The notes under the pieces were generated by a model. It was not told the DNA's origin. It was given only the letters and a program-made list of their open reading frames with translations, and searched no databases. The position numbers were made by a program, and so were the translations under genes. Positions 55,922 through 64,000 of a stretch of DNA of 64,000 bases are shown in pieces. Source of the DNA: an uncultured delta proteobacterium (lineage in GTDB: Bacteria > Desulfobacterota > Syntrophia > Syntrophales > UBA2185). The stretch is taken from assembly GCA_963705275.1 (NCBI GenBank), contig OY970063.1:476438-540437 (forward strand). Direction: 5' to 3'. The first letter of the stretch is position 1, and every line of letters starts with the position of its first letter.

Positions 55922-56769
55922 AATTGGACCTCTGCGCCATCGAACCCTATCGACGCAGCGGAGCCGTCTTCGGGAATCACCAATGACACGAACTTCTTTT
56001 CATCGTATGCAGAACCCGGGTTGATTGATATTAAGGATCCTTTTCTCACAACCTTCTGGTCGTGCGTGTGTCCACATATATGGTATCTGACCTTTGGATG
56101 ATTAAGAAGCATCTCTCCGAGTCTATCGCTTCCCATAAAGGCGTTACAGAAAGTCCACCCGGGAAACGCTTCTCTCATAGTCAGCATTTCGATGAAGCCG
56201 ATATGATGGGTAACGGCGATTATATGTTCTACCTCGGCTTCCAGTCTCTCTATATCCCTCTCCAGCTTTTGGTTAAGTTCACTGGTGTAATCCATATCCG
56301 ATTTGCCAAGGCGCACGAAATGGACATCATTCCAGATAATGTGTCCTCCGAATATTTTCTTTTCATGCGACGATCGCGGAGGCATCTCTCCCGGAGAGAA
56401 GGAATAATCATACCACAGGCAATTGCCCGCAAAACCTATACCGCCGACAATTACGGGCTTCTCATCGAGGAGCATGAATCCGCAGTCCACGATTCTTGAT
56501 TTCAAGATTTCAAGATGACTGGGCGTATCACCTTCGTTGCTCCAGTAGTCATGGTTTCCAAAAACCTTGAGCCTGATGGGCGCCACTTCACTGAAAAGGT
56601 TCAAACATTCTTCCAATCTTGAAGAACCGAGGCCCACCGTGTCACCCGCCAATACAAGCACGTCAGGTTGCTCTCTCTCCAGTCTTCTTATAAAATTCAG
56701 CAATTTATCACGCTCTGCCGCGTTTCTTATCAGGTCGTAATGGATGTCACCGGTTGCTGTAATTTTCAT
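55918..56769 (-). CDS. calcineurin-like metallophosphoesterase
   Basis: The motifs GDIHYD, LAGD, GNHD and GHTH occur in the canonical order. The length is 283 aa. Confidence 0.8.
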   Translation of the reverse strand: MKITATGDIHYDLIRNAAERDKLLNFIRRLEREQPDVLVLAGDTVGLGSSRLEECLNLFSEVAPIRLKVFGNHDYWSNEGDTPSHLEILKSRIVDCGFMLLDEKPVIVGGIGFAGNCLWYDYSFSPGEMPPRSSHEKKIFGGHIIWNDVHFVRLGKSDMDYTSELNQKLERDIERLEAEVEHIIAVTHHIGFIEMLTMREAFPGWTFCNAFMGSDRLGEMLLNHPKVRYHICGHTHDQKVVRKGSLISINPGSAYDEKKFVSLVIPEDGSAASIGFDGAEVQL

Positions 56770-57069
56770 GGTTCTCTAAAAAATGGCTCACTTGAAAGTC
56801 ATTCTGTGATTTGTCTCCGGAAGATAACACAACTCACTGTGAAATTGAATCTTAATCTACTTCTCCAAGATGCTTTATCCCAGGGAAGCCCGATCCAGAC
56901 AAGAGAGTTGGTATATATCATTGATTTTTGCGTTGTTATGCGTTAGTAATTTAAATCCTTTCGGGCGGGGGAAAATAGTGAGGGAGCGTGGGCTGAAGGT
57001 TCTTTCGTTGTCAGACGAGAGGACTAAGCTCTACCAGGATATACATTTGATGAGCACGAAGAGAGGTAA

Positions 57070-57255
57070 ATGAAGATTTTTCTGACCGGTGGAGCACCGG
57101 CTGTATCGGAAGCTCAATCGTACCTGCCCTTGGCAAAGGGTCATGACACAATTCTATTCGACAATCTATCGACTGGTCACAACTGGGCCGTCTTTTACGG
57201 TACGCTGAAAGTGCAACACCTTGAAGACAGCTCTTACCTTGAGAGTGGGAATTAA
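57070..57255 (+). pseudogene. 5' stub of an NAD-dependent epimerase/dehydratase (GalE-like), frameshifted and truncated
   Basis: MKIFLTGG is in frame 0. TGCIGSSIVPALGKG (the GxxGxxG Rossmann motif) appears only in the +2 frame. KGHDTILFDNLSTGH returns to frame 0. The ORF stops after 61 codons, 5 nt before the next gene. GAGAGG SD is retained. Confidence 0.6.
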
Positions 57256-57260
57256 AGCTC

Positions 57261-57866
57261 ATGTCTTCAAAAAACTATAAGCTGATATGCTTTTCTATTC
57301 TCTTAGTGCTGGGTACTTTTTTTGTCGTACTCTATTATGGCCCCCGATATCTTGCTTACGCTGATAAACCTCTGAATTCAGATGCCGTAGTACTCTTTGT
57401 GGGGCCCGACAACAAGGCCCGGCAGGAAGACGCAAATCGTCTGATGCATGAAGGTTATGCCCGATATCTTTTCATCCCCGCGTATGGAAGAATCACGGAG
57501 GCCTCATCTTTGTCATCTACGGCAGGGACAAAGAAAGCAAACCCAGAACTAATTATTACCGGCCTCAAACCCAAGCCCTATTTTGAAAATACACATGTTG
57601 AGGTACTCGAGGCAAAACGAATGATGGAGCAGTACGGATTGAAGTCTGCAATCTTTGTTAGTTCATCCATTCACATGCGGCGCATAAAGATCATCACGGA
57701 CAGAGTCTTTCATGAAGAACCCGCGAGAATCGTCTTTGTGCCCATTCGAGCCGAACCTGCGCCTCAGGATTTTTTCGAACTGACGCTGTCCGATTATAAG
57801 CGCATGGGGAAAGAGTATGTCAAAATCATCTGGTTTTTGATGTACTCCTCGTTCCGGTCAACCTGA
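57261..57866 (+). CDS. DUF218/YdcF(ElyC)-like membrane-anchored protein
   Basis: An N-terminal TM (LICFSILLVLGTFFVVLYY) is followed by ...DAVVLFVG... and ...FVSSSIHMRRI..., resembling DUF218. Confidence 0.5.
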   Translation: MSSKNYKLICFSILLVLGTFFVVLYYGPRYLAYADKPLNSDAVVLFVGPDNKARQEDANRLMHEGYARYLFIPAYGRITEASSLSSTAGTKKANPELIITGLKPKPYFENTHVEVLEAKRMMEQYGLKSAIFVSSSIHMRRIKIITDRVFHEEPARIVFVPIRAEPAPQDFFELTLSDYKRMGKEYVKIIWFLMYSSFRST

Positions 57867-57875
57867 CATAACTTA

Positions 57876-58961
57876 CTATTTTAGAATGGCATTCCTGATG
57901 GCATCACCCATTTCATGGGTTTTGTTAACCCCGCCCATATCAGCGGTCTTTATCTTTCCCAGGGTCAGGGTTTTCACTACTGCCCTCTGTATATCCAGGG
58001 CTGCCCGTTCTTCTCCCAGATGATCCAGCATCATTCGAATTGATTCAATCGCTGCAATAGGATTGACTATCGCCTTTCCTGCATATTTCGGGGCTGAGCC
58101 GTGAATAGGTTCAAACATGGATGGAAATATCTTTTCCGGATTGATGTTTCCGCCTGCCGCGAACCCCATCCCTCCCTGAAGCATGGCCCCGAGGTCGGTA
58201 ATGATGTCACCAAAGAGATTGGAGGCAACGATCACGTCGAAGCATTCGGGGTTCTTAACAAACCACATGGTCAAGGCATCAACCAATGCCATGTCAGTCT
58301 TTACGTCCGGGTATTCCGCTGCCACTTTCTTGTACACTGAATCCCAAAAAACCATGGAATAGTTGAGCGCATTTGACTTCGTGCAGTTAGTCACCATGCC
58401 GACGGGGACCTTATCACCGAACTTTTTCCGCCTTCGGGCAAGTTCAAAGGCATAGCGAATTGCCCTCTCACACCCCTTCTGGGTGAAGATGCCCGTCTGA
58501 ATGGCAAATGCATCGGGAGTGCCCAGCTTGAAAAACCCCCCTGCTGCAGAATACTCTCCTTCCGTATTCTCCCGGATTACCACCATATCAACGGTCTCAG
58601 GTGTGGCAGTTTTTACAGGTGATTCAACCCCGAAATAAAGTTTGATAGGCCGCAGATTTATGTATTGATCAAAACCTTTTCGAATTGCAAGAAGCAGAGT
58701 GAGCGATATATGGTCAGGTACCTTATTGGCATCGCCTATGCAGCCCAGAAATATTGCATCAAATTCCTGCAATATCTCGAGTGCATTTCCCGGCATCATC
58801 GTTCCCCTCTTCAAATAATAGTCGCACCCCCAGTCAAAATTCTCCATCTTAACGACGAAGCCATATTTATCAGCAACTGTCTGCAGAGTCTTGGCGGCTT
58901 CTGATGCCACTTCAGTCCCAACCCCATCCCCCGGGATGATTGCAACTCTATAGGATGACAT
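57876..58961 (-). CDS. tartrate dehydrogenase/decarboxylase (D-malate dehydrogenase family, isocitrate/isopropylmalate DH fold)
   Basis: [18 protein letters not shown]..., ...[21 protein letters not shown]... and ...[12 protein letters not shown]... are present. It closely resembles tartrate dehydrogenase as I recall it. Start taken at ATG 58961. Confidence 0.8.
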   Translation of the reverse strand: MSSYRVAIIPGDGVGTEVASEAAKTLQTVADKYGFVVKMENFDWGCDYYLKRGTMMPGNALEILQEFDAIFLGCIGDANKVPDHISLTLLLAIRKGFDQYINLRPIKLYFGVESPVKTATPETVDMVVIRENTEGEYSAAGGFFKLGTPDAFAIQTGIFTQKGCERAIRYAFELARRRKKFGDKVPVGMVTNCTKSNALNYSMVFWDSVYKKVAAEYPDVKTDMALVDALTMWFVKNPECFDVIVASNLFGDIITDLGAMLQGGMGFAAGGNINPEKIFPSMFEPIHGSAPKYAGKAIVNPIAAIESIRMMLDHLGEERAALDIQRAVVKTLTLGKIKTADMGGVNKTHEMGDAIRNAILK

Positions 58962-59028
58962 ACGCTTCCTTTCAAATTTCAAATCCCTTTACGCTGCCTT
59001 GAAATACTTTATATCTTTCCCGTCAATA

Positions 59029-60447
59029 TCACGGATAGACAGCGAGCAGATATGGAGTGCCAACCGCTAAGAGCACGGCAAGAAAGATCAGTCCGAAAAT
59101 GAGTCCCAGTATCCAGAAATCTTTGCGGTTGACGTAAGCACTCCCAAAATAGACCGGACCGGGACCGGTGGCATAAGGAGATATCACGCCCATTATCCCC
59201 AAGCTATAACAGAGAAGGAGGGCAAAAACTTTGACGGGAATCCCCGGCACAAGTGCACCTGCGGCCAGCATGACAGGCAGCACCGCCGTTACGTGCGCGG
59301 TGATGCTCGCAAACATGTAATGAACTACAAAAAATATTGCTACGAGGCTGACCATGATGACTATGGGCGACATCCCCGTCAGGAGTACTGACGCGCTCTT
59401 GGCGAACCAGGTCACAAACCCCACTCTGTTAAGGCCGTCTGCCATCGCCACAAGCGTGGCAAACCAGACAAGCACATTCCAGGCGGCTTTGTTGCTTAGG
59501 ATATCATCCCACGCCACAATTCCTGTAATCACCATCAAAGATATGACCACTCCTGCGACAGTCGTGGCATCCACAATCTTTCCTCCAAATATCCACAGAG
59601 TCAGGGCGAGAATGGCCAAGAGAGCCATCACCAGTTCCTTGCGGGTGAACTTGCCCATCTTGACAAGTTCCTGCTTTGCCCAGGCTTGAACCTCTCCGCT
59701 CGATTTAATTTCCGGGGGATAAATCTTGTAAATGAGGTACGGCAGAACAGAAAAGAGGATAATGCCAACAGGCAGGAATCCGGTAAACCATTCCGTCCAG
59801 GAAATGCTTATTTTCGCCGTCTTGTTAACCAACTCGAGGGCCAGCAGATTCGGGGCCAAAGATGTGATGAACATAGAACTGGTCACACAGGTAGTCGCAA
59901 ATGCGGTCCACATAATATAGGCTCCGATCTTGCGAGTCGTCTCACCCGGAGCGGAGCCGTAAAGGCCTGGGATGTTGCGGATGACGGGGAAGATCGTGCC
60001 GGCGCTGCGGGCTGTATTTGACGGGGTAAAGGGGGCAATAATCAGGTCAGAAAAGGCTATCGCATACCCTAAACCCAATGTCCTCTTGCCTAAGAATTCG
60101 ACGAGTACCAAGGCAATACGCTTCCCAAGCCCTGTCTTCTCATAGCCCAGTGCGAACATGAATGCCCCGAATATGAGCCAGACCGTCGTATTGGAAAAAC
60201 CGGACAATGCCCACCTGATTGAATCAGAGGGCTTCGGCCCCGCAAGGCCCAGAACCGCGACCAGAAAAACACCTATGAATCCTATGGCGGCAGCCGGAAT
60301 AGGTTCCAGAATCAGAGCGAGAATAACAGCAGCGAAGATGGCAAAATAATACCAGGCAGTGAGCGTCAGCCCCTGCGGCGCCGGGAGCAATGCGATGATG
60401 ATTCCCAAGAGCACCGGCAGGGTAGATTTCCAGATGAAAGACTTCAT
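59029..60447 (-). CDS. DASS-family anion/dicarboxylate transporter (TtdT / 2-oxoglutarate-malate translocator-like)
   Basis: 472 aa and polytopic. The ...PFTPSNTARSAGTIFPV... and ...SPYATGPGPVYFGS... hairpin motifs are typical of DASS. Confidence 0.8.
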   Translation of the reverse strand: MKSFIWKSTLPVLLGIIIALLPAPQGLTLTAWYYFAIFAAVILALILEPIPAAAIGFIGVFLVAVLGLAGPKPSDSIRWALSGFSNTTVWLIFGAFMFALGYEKTGLGKRIALVLVEFLGKRTLGLGYAIAFSDLIIAPFTPSNTARSAGTIFPVIRNIPGLYGSAPGETTRKIGAYIMWTAFATTCVTSSMFITSLAPNLLALELVNKTAKISISWTEWFTGFLPVGIILFSVLPYLIYKIYPPEIKSSGEVQAWAKQELVKMGKFTRKELVMALLAILALTLWIFGGKIVDATTVAGVVISLMVITGIVAWDDILSNKAAWNVLVWFATLVAMADGLNRVGFVTWFAKSASVLLTGMSPIVIMVSLVAIFFVVHYMFASITAHVTAVLPVMLAAGALVPGIPVKVFALLLCYSLGIMGVISPYATGPGPVYFGSAYVNRKDFWILGLIFGLIFLAVLLAVGTPYLLAVYP

Positions 60448-60606
60448 TTTAGCCTCCTTGTGTTCCTGACTTCTAAGGATGGATAGAATTCACCGACAAT
60501 AAGGCGCCACGAAACCTTCCGACGTATTTCTTTGTTTCCGATTACCGCAATCTTTCAATTGCCGGTAATTTTATAACAATGGGAACCGCAATTCAAGAGG
60601 GTCTTT

Positions 60607-60999
60607 TCAGCTTCGTTCGACGAACTCCACGATATTTCCGTCAGGGTCTTTAACCATGGCAATGCGCATGCCCGGCCGAATCTCCTTTTCCGGCAACGTA
60701 AATTCTATACCCTTATTCTTGAGTAGAGAACAAACTTGGGCGATATTCTTTATGACGAAAGTTACGTAGCGATATCCCAATTGATTTTCCAGGCCGACGA
60801 CTCCTCTGGAAGGAGGGGTCTTCGGATCGATCAATTTGAAGTCACTGGTGCCGAATCTCAGCCGATGCATAGTGCCAAACCATACCGGCGTGATTCCCAC
60901 AAACTCCAATCCCAGAATATCCTGATAAAAATTGAGGCTGGCCTTGATGTCACTGACTACTATACCGAGATCCAACGAATCTTTCGCAGGCATTAGCAT
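60607..60999 (-). CDS. VOC/glyoxalase-family protein
   Basis: 130 aa. LDLGIVVSDIKASLNFYQDILGL... and ...DPDGNIVEFVE are typical VOC ends. Confidence 0.75.
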   Translation of the reverse strand: MLMPAKDSLDLGIVVSDIKASLNFYQDILGLEFVGITPVWFGTMHRLRFGTSDFKLIDPKTPPSRGVVGLENQLGYRYVTFVIKNIAQVCSLLKNKGIEFTLPEKEIRPGMRIAMVKDPDGNIVEFVERS

Positions 61000-61146
61000 T
61001 CTTTCGTACCCCTTTCAAACATGCTACGGCGACGTTAGGATGAGCTAAACATAGTACCTCTACCACATTTCGACTCTTTCGACTTTGCCTCTCAACCGGA
61101 GTCTTTTTTTCAGACAAGAACAATACAGTTCCGCCATAAACAAGAA

Positions 61147-61170
61147 AGGGTGGGGAACAGCTCCCACCCT
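61147..61170 (-). terminator. rho-independent terminator after hup (61228)
   Basis: The minus strand reads AGGGTGGG-AGCTGTTC-CCCACCCT followed by TTCTTGTTTAT. It lies 58 nt after the stop. Confidence 0.7.
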
Positions 61171-61227
61171 CTCATGTCTTATCATCTATAACTATATACT
61201 TGCAGCTTTTCTTATCATGACTGAAAA

Positions 61228-61497
61228 TCATTTGACGGCATCTTTCAATGCCTTGCCCGCCGTAAACTTGGGGACCTTTTTGGCGGCAATCTTGATCGGT
61301 TTGCCGGTCTGAGGATTTCTTCCTGTTCTGGCAGCTCGCTTAGAAACGGAGAAAGTACCGAAACCAACGAGAGTAACCTTGCCTCCCTTCTTCAATCCTT
61401 TCTTGATTGCATCAAGGACCGCATTCACCACACTGGCAGCCTCCGCCTTGCTGCAGGTAGTTTTTGCAACTACATTGACGAGATCTTCCTTATTCAT
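61228..61497 (-). CDS. hup: HU-family DNA-binding protein (second HU copy)
   Basis: 89 aa. [11 protein letters not shown]...[49 protein letters not shown] is present. Confidence 0.9.
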   Translation of the reverse strand: MNKEDLVNVVAKTTCSKAEAASVVNAVLDAIKKGLKKGGKVTLVGFGTFSVSKRAARTGRNPQTGKPIKIAAKKVPKFTAGKALKDAVK

Positions 61498-61844
61498 GCT
61501 TCATCCTCCCTTTTTTAATATTGTAAACCCGCCGTGGGCGACAACATCGATCCGTCAGGATCGATAAGACCTTTTGTGCTGTATATATAAATTTTGAGCG
61601 CGAAAAAAGCAACAATAAATCTTATTTATTTTAAATATTTTTTTGAACCCTGCAAAGCGATCGTCACGGTCGGCGGATTATGCCAGGAAGAGCAGTCATC
61701 AGCCTCTCTCCCTGTATGCTTCGCCTCTTCCATTTATCGCCTCAAACGGTTCAGATGCCAGCCGCATCCGCTCCCTGATCGCCCAGGGACAGTATATTGA
61801 TGGCCTCTGCCTTCCCTAAGTCTATACACCCAGCAGTTGCGACA

Positions 61845-62405
61845 CTATTTTTTCAGCTTGGTGATTTTCGCGCCTTCTATGGTTGCGCCGGCCATGATCC
61901 CTTTCTGACCGAACACAAACCCGACAATAGGTTGATTGATCTTGGTCGTGTCTACGGAACCCTCGGCGCCGACATTGACTAGAGTCACCGTGCCATCCAC
62001 ACCAGCTTGCCAGTTGTCGCTGTTGCGGAATTTCTTCAAGGCAGCTTCATCTATGAATATGAGAATAATGTCTTTTCGCTGGGCGCCTATCTGAAGGCCG
62101 AAAGAAGCTGCAACTATATTGTAGTAATCAACGGTTTTCCCGTCTATCCTCAAGGCGCCTTCGCCATATTCACCGCCGATGATAAAACCGGCCTGCACCA
62201 CATTAGGGATGATAAGAACGCCCTTCGCGGCTTTAAGATACTCCTGAGCACCGTTCACTTCCCTTCCAAAGCGATCGAGAGCCACATCAACGCTAACATC
62301 GATCTCCTTGGCTGTGGCAGCAAGAGCTGAATCGATCGTAAGAAAACCCACCGCAAAGAACATAAGAATGGAAAACACGATATTGACCGTCATTCTCATT
62401 TTCAT
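61845..62405 (-). CDS. exported SYLF/Ysc84 (DUF500) lipid-binding-domain protein
   Basis: AAAGGAGG precedes ATG 62405. A signal-like N-terminus is followed by ...GGEYGEGAL..., ...SFGLQIGAQ... and ...GVDGTV... repeats, as in the SYLF domain. Confidence 0.6.
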   Translation of the reverse strand: MKMRMTVNIVFSILMFFAVGFLTIDSALAATAKEIDVSVDVALDRFGREVNGAQEYLKAAKGVLIIPNVVQAGFIIGGEYGEGALRIDGKTVDYYNIVAASFGLQIGAQRKDIILIFIDEAALKKFRNSDNWQAGVDGTVTLVNVGAEGSVDTTKINQPIVGFVFGQKGIMAGATIEGAKITKLKK

Positions 62406-62684
62406 TCTTCTTCCTCCTTTCCGTAGTTTTACAGAGTGGATCCGTCCATGTATTTTTTGTACCGAATAAATTTTATTCCTCTTATGGCTGTTTTGCAATT
62501 CATAAAAGACTGATTTACATGTTCTAAATGCCGTAATACCTGCTCAGGGAAAAGCACTTTTTAAGATGAACTGGTAGAGATGCGAGGAAGAATGGCAGCG
62601 TGGAACTTTAGCTTGAAATTTGGTGCGTATAATGTCAGTAGATCGAAAATCTCTTTAGCTCGCTCCTTCTTCAGGATCAGAAAA

Positions 62685-63908
62685 ATGAAATCTTTGGCAA
62701 TGGGCAATGAAAAAAAAATTGTCCTATTTACCTTTACATCGCACTTCCTGTTTCATTTTTACGAACTGGCCTTCCCCGCATTGGCGATCCCTCTCGTCCT
62801 CTCACTGAACATGAACCTTGAAGATGTCTTGAAGCTCGGTTTCCCCATGTACCTCGGCTTCGGCCTCTTCTCCCTGCCATGGGGCCTTTTTGCCGACCGT
62901 TTCGGCAACCGGATCGCTCTCATCATCTGCTTCTTCGGAACCAGCATAGGCTCAATTATGACAGTCCTGGCAACATCTCCGACGCAAATAATGCTATCCC
63001 TGGCTGTGATCGGCATCTTTGCGGGTATTTGTCATCCCGCAGGCATGGGTCTCATCTCCTTAGGCGTAAAGAACCGTGGGATGGCCTTGGGGATCAACGC
63101 CATTGCCGGGAGTATCGGACTTACGGCAGCTCCTTTTCTCGCCGGGTTGCTGAACTGGTTTGCGGGATGGAAGGCCGCGTATCTCGCCGCTGCCGTATTT
63201 GCACTCTTCTGGGGTATTACAATGTTGTTTGCCCGGATCGACGAAACCCCGCTCGTCCATGCGCACGAAAGGGACGCGACTTTCAAGAAAGGCCATGGGT
63301 CTTACCTGCCGTCTCTCATCCTTTTTTTCGCAATCGTGACCCTGGGAGGCCTCGCCTATCGAATAAACATCGTAGTCCTGCCCGCCTACCTCGAATGGAA
63401 GGCATCCTTCCTTTCCGACCTGCTCCATTTCCAGGCCCCGGCGGCGATCACGATGGCGGCCGGCATACTGACGTCTGTTATCTATATTGTCGGGATCGGC
63501 GGTCAGCTATTCGGCGGGAAAATAGCAGACCGCTTTGAACTGCGCCGGCTCTACCTTTTATTCAACATCATCAGCCTTCCCTTTGTCATCATGATGGCAT
63601 ATGGGACAGAGCAGTTCCTTTTCTTTGCCTCTGCTGTTTACGTCTTTTTTGCGTTAGGCATCCAGCCCATTGAAAACAGCCTCATCGCCAAATTTACACC
63701 CCAACGGTGGCGTAGCACCGGCTATGGTTTAGCGTCCGTCTTAATTTTCGGAGTCGGTTCCCTCTCGATCTATCTGGTCGGCTGGGTCAAGGATACATGG
63801 AATCTCGGTTTCGTCTATGCCTTCTCCGGCATCATGATCATCATGATTATAGCGGGTATCGTGCTACTCCTGCGGATGACGCGGGATGTATCTTTTAAGA
63901 ACTTTTGA
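62685..63908 (+). CDS. MFS transporter
   Basis: It has about 12 TM segments. The MFS loop motif GLFADRFGNR is present. The start is uncertain (ATG 62685 or 62700; the ORF is open from 62580). Confidence 0.8.
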   Translation: MKSLAMGNEKKIVLFTFTSHFLFHFYELAFPALAIPLVLSLNMNLEDVLKLGFPMYLGFGLFSLPWGLFADRFGNRIALIICFFGTSIGSIMTVLATSPTQIMLSLAVIGIFAGICHPAGMGLISLGVKNRGMALGINAIAGSIGLTAAPFLAGLLNWFAGWKAAYLAAAVFALFWGITMLFARIDETPLVHAHERDATFKKGHGSYLPSLILFFAIVTLGGLAYRINIVVLPAYLEWKASFLSDLLHFQAPAAITMAAGILTSVIYIVGIGGQLFGGKIADRFELRRLYLLFNIISLPFVIMMAYGTEQFLFFASAVYVFFALGIQPIENSLIAKFTPQRWRSTGYGLASVLIFGVGSLSIYLVGWVKDTWNLGFVYAFSGIMIIMIIAGIVLLLRMTRDVSFKNF

Positions 63909-64000
63909 CCATTGGAGGCTACCTACCGGGATATCCCGCCAACCGTAGTGTCAGCTTCTTGATGCAATTTCTATCTTTCTGTGTTACGTTTCCGGGCAAA

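Noticed and set aside
62879-63538. A 219-aa alternative-frame ORF inside the MFS transporter gene.
   Set aside because: It is an Arg/Pro-rich, non-protein-like translation. The overlapping frame encodes a coherent 12-TM transporter.
1-64000. A search by eye for CRISPR arrays, IS/transposase, integrase, phage, toxin-antitoxin or known defence-system genes, and for rRNA/tRNA.
   Set aside because: No regularly spaced direct repeats were found. None of the ORFs carry DDE/tyrosine-recombinase/RT motifs, and there is no tRNA-like cloverleaf. The window looks like core chromosome rather than a mobile or defence island.

Overview
The window is 64 kb of bacterial chromosome. I call about 60 protein-coding genes. 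I recognised no rRNA, tRNA, CRISPR array, transposase, integrase or phage genes. The gene content suggests a Desulfobacterota/deltaproteobacterial-type anaerobe: prs-rplY-pth-ychF, trpS-scpA-scpB-rluB, nadK-recN, a sigma-54 activator, FHA/CHASE2 signalling, and tartrate dehydrogenase with a DASS permease. That taxon is inference only.

The ordinary content is housekeeping genes, a tetR-tolC-MFP-RND efflux operon, znuABC, sodB, radC, three HU/IHF paralogs, and many cell-wall genes (LysM protein, MltA, GerMN, SpoIID-like, DUF218).

Six things deserve a second look:

1. **Candidate uncharacterised system (43.4-48.1 kb and 52.1-56.8 kb).** These are leaderless, apparently cytoplasmic peptidoglycan and nucleotide-sugar enzymes. 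One group is SpoIID-like, MurU-like, AmgK-like and a tandem NDK. The other is a translationally coupled GT2 / HxHxQ HIT-type phosphorylase-like / M15 peptidase operon. It converges on a DUF1460 amidase-like / metallophosphoesterase operon. I rate this the best candidate, but the functional reading is inference.
2. **Sigma-54 cassette.** It has three TGTGC-N7-GCACA inverted repeats and a correctly spaced TGGCA-N6-TTGCA promoter. It sits immediately downstream of a GAF-GAF-AAA+ activator gene and points at an orphan 78-aa hyper-charged ORF. The leader and 5' coding region of that ORF carry four copies of the 8-mer GAGACCTC/GAGGTCTC.
3. **Frameshift patch (48.16-50.14 kb).** This ~2 kb patch has roughly one frame change per ~100 nt. 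It destroys aat and the C-terminal two-thirds of clpA. The first ~349 codons of clpA, clpS and all flanking genes stay intact. It could be real decay or a sequence-quality artefact.
4. **CHASE2 sensor with a PP2C remnant.** Its only cytoplasmic module is the last ~45 residues of a PP2C phosphatase. A dual-FHA protein is encoded next to it.
5. **Epimerase stub.** A truncated, frameshifted NAD-dependent epimerase gene remnant lies at 57.07-57.26 kb.
6. **Orphan nucleotidyltransferase.** A DUF4301-like, NDP-sugar-pyrophosphorylase-like gene stands alone.

All family assignments come from motif recognition by eye. No database search was run.
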